DNA of 64,000 bases from a virus (Duplodnaviria; Caudoviricetes): positions 32,001 through 96,000 of the IMG/VR virus record IMGVR_UViG_3300029288_002061. One strand, given 5' to 3'. Position numbers and translations under genes: made by a program. The notes under the pieces are model-generated. The model was not told the origin of the DNA. It was given only the letters and a program-made list of their open reading frames with translations, and made no database searches. Below are positions 56,821-64,000 of this stretch, piece after piece (the stretch's first letter is position 1; each line of letters starts with the position of its first letter).

Positions 56821-56848
56821 AAAAGAAAACCCCCGCATCTGCGAGGGT
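56821..56848 (-). terminator. Probable Rho-independent terminator
   Basis: ACCCTCGCAGATGCGGGGGT hairpin followed by TTTCTTTT on the minus strand. Confidence 0.6.
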
Positions 56849-56854
56849 CTTTGA

Positions 56855-56870
56855 CTGCATACGTCTGCAG
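56855..56870. repeat. Palindrome copy 15 (between stop and terminator)
   Basis: ctgcatacgtctgcag. Confidence 0.95.
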
Positions 56871-56880
56871 TTTTGGTTAT

Positions 56881-57072
56881 TTATTCGGGGTTTTGTGGTA
56901 TGAAATAGATGGTAATGCTTGTTAACTGCCCATCATCCTGCTTTTGCCACACCACAGAATCAACGGCGGAAAGGTTAATCCCCATGTAATTCGGAATAAC
57001 ATCCAGCGGGAGAGGACACTTATCAAAATCAACCTCAAAACACCCGCCGATATCAATTCGGTTTGTTTCCAT
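56881..57072 (-). CDS. Hypothetical protein
   Basis: AGGAG RBS. Confidence 0.6.
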   Translation of the reverse strand: METNRIDIGGCFEVDFDKCPLPLDVIPNYMGINLSAVDSVVWQKQDDGQLTSITIYFIPQNPE

Positions 57073-57081
57073 GTGGTTCTC

Positions 57082-57372
57082 CTAGCTTGCAATCCCGGCC
57101 TTGGATACATCTTCAAGAATCGCTTGGGCTTTCTCTACCGGATAGAAGTCATCATCGATTTTCACCATGGGCAGGATAGGAATACACTGATATGCCGCCA
57201 GAGCATCAACCGATCCATCATCCCGCCATTGCGGATGATATTTTGCATGGTATTCCATATCATGGGCCTTATACGGAATGTGCTTCTCTTGGAGATATTC
57301 CTTGAAGTCTTCGCAATTCGGGCAGTTTTCTTTACCAAAAACCTCAATAACAGGGTATTCAATGGCTGTCAT
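57082..57372 (-). CDS. Glutaredoxin-like protein
   Basis: IEVFGKENCPNC active site; LPMVxID cis-Pro motif. Confidence 0.85.
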   Translation of the reverse strand: MTAIEYPVIEVFGKENCPNCEDFKEYLQEKHIPYKAHDMEYHAKYHPQWRDDGSVDALAAYQCIPILPMVKIDDDFYPVEKAQAILEDVSKAGIAS

Positions 57373-57448
57373 AACATACCTTCCTTGCCTGATTTATGGT
57401 TTATTCTTGAAATAATAGCAAGGGATCTGATCCCCTTGCAAGGTAAAA

Positions 57449-57727
57449 TCAATCATCCGACAGACTGATTTCGGTATTCAGATATTTAACGCCCATTTCT
57501 TTTTCCGCGTCCATAACGGCCTTCAATTCACCTCGCTTTCCGTCTTCCCGATAGGAGAATGCCACGATGGTTTCACACTTGGGACAGACAAAATACTTCC
57601 GTGTCACCTTGATAGGCTTCCCGGCGCAATCCAGAGCGTCCTCGTGCGGCACCGTTCGGGCAAAGTTCATGGTTTCATGGTCAAGAGGACAATACACTCT
57701 ATTCCCTTGAACGGATACACTTCCCAT
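57449..57727 (-). CDS. Zn-ribbon protein
   Basis: CPxD...CPKC. Confidence 0.55.
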   Translation of the reverse strand: MGSVSVQGNRVYCPLDHETMNFARTVPHEDALDCAGKPIKVTRKYFVCPKCETIVAFSYREDGKRGELKAVMDAEKEMGVKYLNTEISLSDD

Positions 57728-58017
57728 TATTCGGCTTTCTCAATGATGGTAGGTTTCTTTTCCAGTGACATCATAATGATTTGAAGCATATTGGCGTTAG
57801 CGTTTTCTTCTTTATTCAGGATCTCAGTAATGGTTTCCGCTTTATTGGCGAATTCCGCGAATGTGATAAGGTTCTTTTCAATCATCAGCGAGAGCGTTGC
57901 CATAAGTCCAGCGGAAAGAAGATTTGTCAGTCCCGCCGTATGCTTGATGATTTCAACCAGTTCGCTCCCGATTTCCTTCTTCATCTCCGCTTCCGGATTC
58001 ACTTCGTTGGCTTCCAT
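57727..58017 (-). CDS. Hypothetical protein
   Basis: LIEKNLITxxEF motif; coupled to the next gene. Confidence 0.55.
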   Translation of the reverse strand: MEANEVNPEAEMKKEIGSELVEIIKHTAGLTNLLSAGLMATLSLMIEKNLITFAEFANKAETITEILNKEENANANMLQIIMMSLEKKPTIIEKAE

Positions 58018-58099
58018 AATTCCATCCTATTCATTCATAGACACGAAAACAACTGCCTTATATGGTATACATAACCCTATAAGATACAAGATATTGTGA

Positions 58100-58390
58100 C
58101 TATTCCGTTTTTTCAGTTGGTTTGATGATCTTGGCGTTTCTTGCCTTATCCATCTCTGCAAGTGCCATACGGGCAGCGACTTTATAGATTTCGTCACCCT
58201 GAATTGCTGCTACTTCCCGAAGGGCCGTGAGGGCGGCAACAAACATGGATAATCCGTCATTATTTTGTGATGGTTCCTGTACCCACCGCCCTTGACCGAT
58301 ATCATTCATGACAAAAGTAAGGGCATAAGAGCCTTTATAGGACTTATGGGTGTTATCTGAGAGATTTTTAATGGTCACTTCCACCGGCAT
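58100..58390 (-). CDS. Hypothetical protein downstream of actin
   Basis: AAGGGG RBS. Confidence 0.6.
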   Translation of the reverse strand: MPVEVTIKNLSDNTHKSYKGSYALTFVMNDIGQGRWVQEPSQNNDGLSMFVAALTALREVAAIQGDEIYKVAARMALAEMDKARNAKIIKPTEKTE

Positions 58391-58401
58391 AGGATTTCCC
58401 C

Positions 58402-59388
58402 TTACATAGACGCCATAACCAAACAGCCACGGGCAACCGAATAAAGCGGATCCGGCACAAGACGGATCTCACTGATTTCAATGGGGAAGTCCTGCGTTGA
58501 AAAGACTTGCTTGAAGAGCTCAATGAATCCCGGCACCATAGCAGTACCACCAGCTATGACAATTGGCACCGGATTCTTGAACGCCGGGAGGTTATCCCCG
58601 TTTTCAAGACGATCTTTCATATTGGCAAGGGTATAGGTAATGACTTCTTTGTAATACGCATAGAGGGCCGCAATACGGCGGTCTGTGGTGTCGGGGTCAA
58701 GGTTCATGGTCTTTCCCTCTTTGAGGGCTGTGATTCTCGATGTAGGCTCCCCGCAGGCTTTGGATGCCTTTTGGTCAATCCAGTCCCCGGAACGGCATGA
58801 AGAGAATGCCAATACCGGGAGGGAACGGAAGGATACGCATGTATTGACCATGCCGCCGCCGAAAGACATGGCAATCCCTGTGAAGTCATCATTACTGAGC
58901 GCGTCCAGAGCAACCGCGTGGGCTTCCGTTGTCTCAATAGGCTCCATGCCAAGATGCCGCAAGGCACCCTCGATGATGTTCTTGTGGAATACGTTGTCAA
59001 TCTGGGTGTCAATTGGGTTTGCGGGGCAGGAATAGGCGACTTTTGCTCCCTTTTCAACGCCGGAATCGTTAAGAAGCTTCTCAATCATCCGGGTGATCAT
59101 CGGGACGGCTTCCATCTCCCCGCTGGAAATGACGCCTGATGCCATAGGACGGCGAAGGTCTTTCCCAAAGGTCGTTGCCATTTCAAAAGCATCATCGCCG
59201 ATCAGATAAAGGTTCTTATCCTTTTCATAGTATGGCATTTTCAACTGCTTAAGCATACTCAGGGCGAATTTATCCTTGCCGATTTCAAGAAAGTTATTCC
59301 GCATCCGGAGGACTTTTGAGCCTGTATCGGTAGGGACACACACAACAAGGTTTGCCGTTCCGGGGTCGAGCGAAGCCACCATAACCAT
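58402..59388 (-). CDS. Actin-like ATPase (MreB/ParM superfamily, volactin-like)
   Basis: Phosphate-1 LDPGTAN, RRPMxxG, EAxA, phosphate-2 SFGGG, GDWID, adenosine IAGGT and P.YSVARG. Confidence 0.9.
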   Translation of the reverse strand: MVMVASLDPGTANLVVCVPTDTGSKVLRMRNNFLEIGKDKFALSMLKQLKMPYYEKDKNLYLIGDDAFEMATTFGKDLRRPMASGVISSGEMEAVPMITRMIEKLLNDSGVEKGAKVAYSCPANPIDTQIDNVFHKNIIEGALRHLGMEPIETTEAHAVALDALSNDDFTGIAMSFGGGMVNTCVSFRSLPVLAFSSCRSGDWIDQKASKACGEPTSRITALKEGKTMNLDPDTTDRRIAALYAYYKEVITYTLANMKDRLENGDNLPAFKNPVPIVIAGGTAMVPGFIELFKQVFSTQDFPIEISEIRLVPDPLYSVARGCLVMASM

Positions 59389-59822
59389 TAACTATCTCCT
59401 TTGAGCCGTTTTAGTGCTTGTATACTACTCGTAATACTGTTAGAGTCAACTGTTTCCGCTTTGGCGGATGATAAATTATCCGCATTTTTTGATTGAAAGA
59501 ACGCATCCGGAAGGGTTTCACTCCCGACTTCAACCGCCGACCGGTGTTCCCGCAGGGCTTCAGGGACTGCATACGTCTGCAATTTCCCCGGCATGGTTTC
59601 GGTCATGGCGGCCTTTACAGCACCATAGATAACCGAATAAAGGCGGTCATAATCCAGTTCTACGGCGGTATTTGCGGCAGCGGGTTCGGATTGTACGGTT
59701 TGGATGACCAAAGAACGCATTGCTTTCTTCAGACACTCCTCGTCCTTCTGATTCAGAGAGCTAAACCCGCCAACAGAGCGTTTATTTTGCTCCCAGAAGG
59801 CATCGAACATGTCTTTTGGCAT
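59388..59822 (-). CDS. Hypothetical protein translationally coupled to actin (candidate adaptor)
   Basis: TAATG overlap with the actin start; C-terminal amphipathic helix SIQALKRLK. Confidence 0.6.
   Translation of the reverse strand: MPKDMFDAFWEQNKRSVGGFSSLNQKDEECLKKAMRSLVIQTVQSEPAAANTAVELDYDRLYSVIYGAVKAAMTETMPGKLQTYAVPEALREHRSAVEVGSETLPDAFFQSKNADNLSSAKAETVDSNSITSSIQALKRLKGDS
59567..59582. repeat. Palindrome copy 16 (in actin-coupled gene)
   Basis: ctgcatacgtctgcaa. Confidence 0.95.
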
Positions 59823-59843
59823 AAATAGGCTCCGTTTTTGGGC

Positions 59844-60203
59844 TTATACCTCGAAATAGGACGTGTTACACCGTGGACACGTCTTTTTGTATTCGCGGAT
59901 GGAGGACTTAAACTTGTTTTTGCATACCATACAAGTATAAACCTTCTCCAATGCCTTTGTCTCCCGCTTTATCCGCTCTTTTTCGGCTTTCTTGGCCGCG
60001 CTGTACTCTAGGGCTTCGGTTATATAGCCACATGCCGCCCCTTTGGTCAACGAATTCACCCAAACGTCATAGCCAATCAGGGTAATAATCGTCTGTAGCT
60101 CTTCGGGAGCTATGGTTTTGACATACGCCGACAATTTCATCATGGCGTTTATCTGGGCTTCCGTAATCGGATCAGGATCTTTGTTAAGAATCCAGTCGGG
60201 CAT
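59844..60203 (-). CDS. Hypothetical protein with C-terminal Zn ribbon
   Basis: ITEAQ...LTKGxAxxxI; CMVC...CPRC. Confidence 0.6.
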   Translation of the reverse strand: MPDWILNKDPDPITEAQINAMMKLSAYVKTIAPEELQTIITLIGYDVWVNSLTKGAACGYITEALEYSAAKKAEKERIKRETKALEKVYTCMVCKNKFKSSIREYKKTCPRCNTSYFEV

Positions 60204-60217
60204 AGCTCTGTTCCGTC

Positions 60218-60667
60218 CTAAAGTACATGCAATACCCCAATTATACCAATTTCCTTGATCCGGCCTGACCATGTTCCGGGTTTTACCTTGGTTTCGGCCT
60301 TTGGACGGGCAACATTGATATGGATCTCAACAACTTTCTCGTCTTTGTTCCTGACATAGGGTTCGTCGGGCAACCAAACCCGCCCCCAGTCTTCTTGAAG
60401 CTCTTTCACCCAACCACGGACGTATGCTTGGGCGTCCCTGACGGGGATTCCGGCGGGTTTTTCCTTCCAGTCCGCCGAGAATATCATATCCTGATGCTTA
60501 CAATGCCCGCGAAGTTCAAAAGCCTTGCAAGTGCAAGACTCTTTGGACATATGATAAACAGTTTCGTCAAGGATACCTTCATCCGAATAGGTGATTTTCA
60601 GCACATCAAACTGACCTTCACCCGTCGGTTTCAGTATGTAGGAGTGTTCTTTATGCGTTTTTGGCAT
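60218..60667 (-). CDS. SWIM zinc-finger protein
   Basis: CTCKAF...CKH. Confidence 0.8.
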   Translation of the reverse strand: MPKTHKEHSYILKPTGEGQFDVLKITYSDEGILDETVYHMSKESCTCKAFELRGHCKHQDMIFSADWKEKPAGIPVRDAQAYVRGWVKELQEDWGRVWLPDEPYVRNKDEKVVEIHINVARPKAETKVKPGTWSGRIKEIGIIGVLHVL

Positions 60668-61563
60668 TATGACACCTTCTTAGCCAGTTCCGCGATATCC
60701 GGATTGCAGTATTCAACCGTTCCGTCATGAGAAGCGGCAAAGATCTTGACGCCATAGGCGGTCTCAATGCGGGATAGGAGGGTATTCAGGAGGTCTTCCC
60801 GCCCAGTAAGGCATTCCGCAAGGAACGCTTGGGCGATACATTCCATAAGCCAAGGTTCTTTATCCGATCCCGTGATATCCTTGGCTTTCTGCATGGCGTT
60901 CTGCCACACGTTCCAGATCGGTTCGGGCAATCCGGCACGGAACATATGAATGACTTCTTGAGGTTTTGATTGGATTGATACATCTTCCGCCTTGATGCTT
61001 CCGACGGCCTTGCTTACCGCCACGTCCACATCCTCGCCGGTATGGGCTGCGCGGGTTCTGGCATCACTGGCGACCTGAGCGGCCTTTGTCTTCGCCGTAT
61101 TGGACATCTCCCGGAGTTCGTTATAGGTCTTCCCTTTGACCTTTTCCATCCAGTCTTCCGAGTTGTCCCGCGTGATAATCCCCTTATTGACCAGCGGGGC
61201 CAGTGTAGCGGCCTTTGTCCACCCCAGCCGCTCCACATCGGCTTCCGTGAATGCACCCTTTTCCACCGCGCCGAAGACATCCAGAAGATAATAAGCCTTC
61301 CGCTCCCGGAATCCCAGTTCTCGCTCGCAATACTCGTCAAAAGACTGATATCCCCATGACATCCAAACGGGCTTTCCGTTGTCCAGCGTCCGGATACTGA
61401 CTTGCTTCAGCTTCGCGCCCAAATGGTAATAGGTCTTTTCAATCCCTTCCCGGAGTTCCAAGACTTCCGCCCGGAGAGCTTGCGCATCACTGACGGACAT
61501 CTTGAGTTCTTCCGGAATCACCTGAGTGTCAATCACAAGCACATCACTGTTTTTCTTACTCAT
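60667..61563 (-). CDS. HTH DNA-binding protein resembling plasmid-partition (PFam49/DUF3102-like) proteins
   Basis: LGxKL...W..WGYQSFDEYCERELGFRERKAYYL motif. Confidence 0.6.
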   Translation of the reverse strand: MSKKNSDVLVIDTQVIPEELKMSVSDAQALRAEVLELREGIEKTYYHLGAKLKQVSIRTLDNGKPVWMSWGYQSFDEYCERELGFRERKAYYLLDVFGAVEKGAFTEADVERLGWTKAATLAPLVNKGIITRDNSEDWMEKVKGKTYNELREMSNTAKTKAAQVASDARTRAAHTGEDVDVAVSKAVGSIKAEDVSIQSKPQEVIHMFRAGLPEPIWNVWQNAMQKAKDITGSDKEPWLMECIAQAFLAECLTGREDLLNTLLSRIETAYGVKIFAASHDGTVEYCNPDIAELAKKVS

Positions 61564-61978
61564 TATCTACCCTTTCGGTATACACGGCCATGTAATCCTT
61601 CAACCTAGAAGGAGTTACGCCAATTCTCAATCCCATTTCCATGAAAGAGAGGTTCTTGGAGAGGGAATCATTGATGAAATGCTGGGGTGATTCATATCCT
61701 ACCGAGCGGACTTTACAACAGAATTCCGGCCATGTCAAATTATATTTTGACAACCAATAGCGGATTGTCCCTTCCGACACCCCGATAAGCTTGGCAAGGG
61801 TGGAATTGTTATAACCCCGCTTATTCAGATACCAGTAGAGGACTTCCGCCGGATCATCCGACCGATAACCTTCTTGATTAGCTTGGGCTAAAAGCCTTCT
61901 ATGATCCAAAATGCCACCCGCCTTTCTCCTGTACCAACTGGCGGATTGCTTTTCCGTCCACATAATCCAGAAAATCAT
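61556..61978 (-). CDS. Double-HTH protein (true start probably about 61909)
   Basis: LAKLIGVSEGTIRYW and MGLRIGVTPSRL. Confidence 0.65.
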   Translation of the reverse strand: MIFWIMWTEKQSASWYRRKAGGILDHRRLLAQANQEGYRSDDPAEVLYWYLNKRGYNNSTLAKLIGVSEGTIRYWLSKYNLTWPEFCCKVRSVGYESPQHFINDSLSKNLSFMEMGLRIGVTPSRLKDYMAVYTERVDNE

Positions 61979-62480
61979 TGAATTTCATGAAGGTAAGCCG
62001 TTCCGTCTCCACGGTGGGATCTTCACACCGCCCGACTACAAAGTGCATGGACGGAATAGCCGAAAACGGGCCTGAAACGGCTTTCAGCCATTGATATTCC
62101 TTCCGACCGACCATCATAAGAGCATTTGCCAACCCAGCCGTCTTTGAGAACACAACCATCCGCTGCTTCCCGGCTTTGACCGGGGCCATATCGTTCATCT
62201 CAAACCACCAGTCAAGTATCGGATGCTTCTTGGCCGTAAGGAGCTGTTCAAGATGCCATTCCGGGCCACTCCCGCCTTTGCGCTGCTTGGCGTCCACACA
62301 CCAAGGGAATTCCTTGTCAAACTCCGGAGTTGTCGCTACAATATCCCCTTCGGCGCGCTTCAGGGGCCATCCGCCGGAACACGGAGAGCGCCGGAGCGTC
62401 GTTTGATCTCCAAAATACCACTCACTGAGGGCTTTTGCCATAACGAGCTCAAAAGACTTCCACTTCTGACTATTAGCCAT
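61899..62480 (-). CDS. Holliday-junction resolvase-like PD-(D/E)XK nuclease
   Basis: KxxSFE...RxPxSGG...GDI...VDAK. Confidence 0.7.
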   Translation of the reverse strand: MANSQKWKSFELVMAKALSEWYFGDQTTLRRSPCSGGWPLKRAEGDIVATTPEFDKEFPWCVDAKQRKGGSGPEWHLEQLLTAKKHPILDWWFEMNDMAPVKAGKQRMVVFSKTAGLANALMMVGRKEYQWLKAVSGPFSAIPSMHFVVGRCEDPTVETERLTFMKFNDFLDYVDGKAIRQLVQEKGGWHFGS

Positions 62481-63396
62481 TGCTTTCCTTCCACCTCTGT
62501 TCAAAGATATCCGAGAACTTCCCGAAGCAAATATCCCTAAAAGCACACCGCTTTGCAGCCGCGCAAGACTTATTCTGACACGACGCCGGGACAAGGATCT
62601 TTCCCGCGTTCATTTTGTAATAATCTTCCGCAATACGCCGGATTTCCGCCTCGATAAGCGGATCGAAATAAATCTTGATCTCTTTGGTGGGATTTGCCAT
62701 GTTAGAGGACTTATCCACGTAGAGGATAATGGAGCGGCGGATATTCAAACCCATCATATAGCAATGGACTTGGTAGATATAGGACAAAGATGGTTCTTTC
62801 AAGTCCCGGAATCGGTCTGGGTCGATGGTTTTGATATCCATAACCCAAGGGCCGTCACCACGGTCAATGATGCCGTCACAATGCCCGACTATTCCCAATT
62901 CCGGAATCAGGATCTCCGGCTCAACAAACCGCCACCGACCACATCCGCAACTGCATACGTCTGCAGGACGGAATCCTTCCACGATGGATTCACATTGCGG
63001 ACACCTCCAACCGCCTTTCAGGATGCCCATCTGTCCAAGATAGTGATTCTGATACCAGTGGTGAATAGCATGGCCGATATCAAACTTTGCTTGGAGAGTA
63101 GCGGAAATGGATTCCTCGAATGTCATCCCCGTGATAGCCGGATCATCCTTCATAACTTCCAGAAAGTTCTCGTCATACATCTTGGCACGGTAACACATAC
63201 CATAGATTTGCGAAGGATGGAGTCCTTTTGCGCGTTTTTCATCCGTTTTCCGGAAAAAGCCAGTGGATAGCGCCGTTTTCAACGGTTCTGAGACGACATC
63301 ACCACCAAATTCCCACTTTTTGGCTATGGATTCGGCAATATCGGATTCTGTCTGCTTCTGTTTGTGGAATGCCGCGTGAATATCTGCTAGGCTCAT
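62473..63396 (-). CDS. Cas4/RecB-like PD-(D/E)XK exonuclease
   Basis: HPS...C.R, GHAIH, GHCDG, DIKT, QxxxY and C-terminal Cys cluster. Confidence 0.85.
   Translation of the reverse strand: MSLADIHAAFHKQKQTESDIAESIAKKWEFGGDVVSEPLKTALSTGFFRKTDEKRAKGLHPSQIYGMCYRAKMYDENFLEVMKDDPAITGMTFEESISATLQAKFDIGHAIHHWYQNHYLGQMGILKGGWRCPQCESIVEGFRPADVCSCGCGRWRFVEPEILIPELGIVGHCDGIIDRGDGPWVMDIKTIDPDRFRDLKEPSLSYIYQVHCYMMGLNIRRSIILYVDKSSNMANPTKEIKIYFDPLIEAEIRRIAEDYYKMNAGKILVPASCQNKSCAAAKRCAFRDICFGKFSDIFEQRWKESNG
62951..62966. repeat. Palindrome copy 17 (in Cas4-like gene)
   Basis: ctgcatacgtctgcag. Confidence 0.95.
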
Positions 63397-63413
63397 AATG
63401 GTCTTTCTATTTT

Positions 63414-63456
63414 TTGCAATAATAGCAAGCATTTGTATTAGGGCTGCTTGGAAGTT
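63414..63456 (-). promoter_or_regulatory. Conserved 43-bp promoter-like element (copy 2)
   Basis: 36/43 identical to 24431-24473. Confidence 0.65.
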
Positions 63457-63470
63457 GTTACAATACCCAT

Positions 63471-63701
63471 TTATTTCAAAAGTTCGGGGCCGGTTATCAC
63501 TTTACCACAAGAACCCGGCGGGAGCAAGACAAATCCGTTTTTGGCGCGTTCCTTCTCAACTTCCAGCCTGATCTTTTCCGTTTCCCAAGCATTCTTATTG
63601 CCTTGGTAGAAAGCATTTATGAGAAAGCACACCACGACAGTTATACAGATAGACAAAACACATTCCCGGATTGTCTGTAGATGTTCGTTATCCATTGTCA
63701 T
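63471..63701 (-). CDS. Small membrane-anchored protein
   Basis: N-terminal hydrophobic helix. Confidence 0.55.
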   Translation of the reverse strand: MTMDNEHLQTIRECVLSICITVVVCFLINAFYQGNKNAWETEKIRLEVEKERAKNGFVLLPPGSCGKVITGPELLK

Positions 63702-64000
63702 TTTCTTTTACCTTTTCTAAGAGTTTCTTGAATTCACTCATGGGTACTGCTACCCACTCGTTTTCCGTAAATCCATTCATGCCACCGAGTTCTATCACCA
63801 ACGCGGGGATCTTACCGACGTTGATAGCCTCATGGTCAATCTTGGTTAGCCATTCCGCCTTTACCGTGATAGAGTTCTTATCTGTCCGCTTTGCCTCGAT
63901 AAGGAAATCGGCCATCTTTACATCTCCCTTGAAGTGTTCAAAGCACCCCGATCCGGGCTGGGTCTTCCCACCAAGTTCTTTGGCTATCCGCTTTTCTTGG
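63688..64000 (-). CDS. Hjc-like PD-(D/E)XK nuclease (start outside window)
   Basis: QEKRIAKELGG...PGSG...KGDV...LIEAKRT. Confidence 0.75.
   Translation of the reverse strand, partial: QEKRIAKELGGKTQPGSGCFEHFKGDVKMADFLIEAKRTDKNSITVKAEWLTKIDHEAINVGKIPALVIELGGMNGFTENEWVAVPMSEFKKLLEKVKENDNG

Noticed and set aside
1610-62966. Palindromes as CRISPR repeats, REP/IS ends or intrinsic terminators
   Set aside because: They are kilobases apart with no spacers, transposase, target duplications or U-tails, and nine lie inside intact genes.
62473-63396. CRISPR-Cas system
   Set aside because: Solo Cas4-like nuclease; no cas1/cas2 or array seen.
1-64000. tRNA/rRNA genes, integrase, DGR
   Set aside because: No cloverleaf-like intergenic sequence, recombinase, reverse transcriptase or TR/VR pair recognised by eye; tRNAscan was not run.

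Overview
This 64-kb window is part of a large contractile-tailed (myovirus-type) dsDNA phage genome, coded almost entirely on the minus strand. Reading in the direction of transcription (high to low coordinates) it holds five blocks. (1) DNA-metabolism and early genes at about 48.5-64 kb: a Cas4-like and two Hjc-like PD-(D/E)XK nucleases, HTH proteins, a SWIM finger, an actin-like ATPase, glutaredoxin, ArdC, an array of about 11 small paralogs and a DUF4942 methyltransferase. (2) A non-coding junction with the only plausible plus-strand mini-operon (47.7-48.5 kb). (3) TerS and TerL, flanking and followed by probable head-packaged cargo proteins, including a kinase/ADP-ribosyltransferase multidomain effector and a stand-alone PI3/4K-like kinase (32-47.7 kb). 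(4) Fibre/decoration genes, two interrupted by in-frame TAA codons (24.5-32 kb). (5) Portal, protease-scaffold, capsid, neck and an eCIS-like tail and baseplate (0-24 kb). The strongest unexplained signal is a 16-bp near-palindrome, consensus (A)CTGCATACGTHTGCAG. I found it 17 times at about 4-kb mean spacing, in intergenic gaps and inside genes in different reading frames. Together with a volactin-like actin and a plasmid-partition-like HTH protein, it suggests an undescribed phage genome-organisation or segregation system; that link is inference. All family assignments come from motif recognition by eye. No database searches were run.
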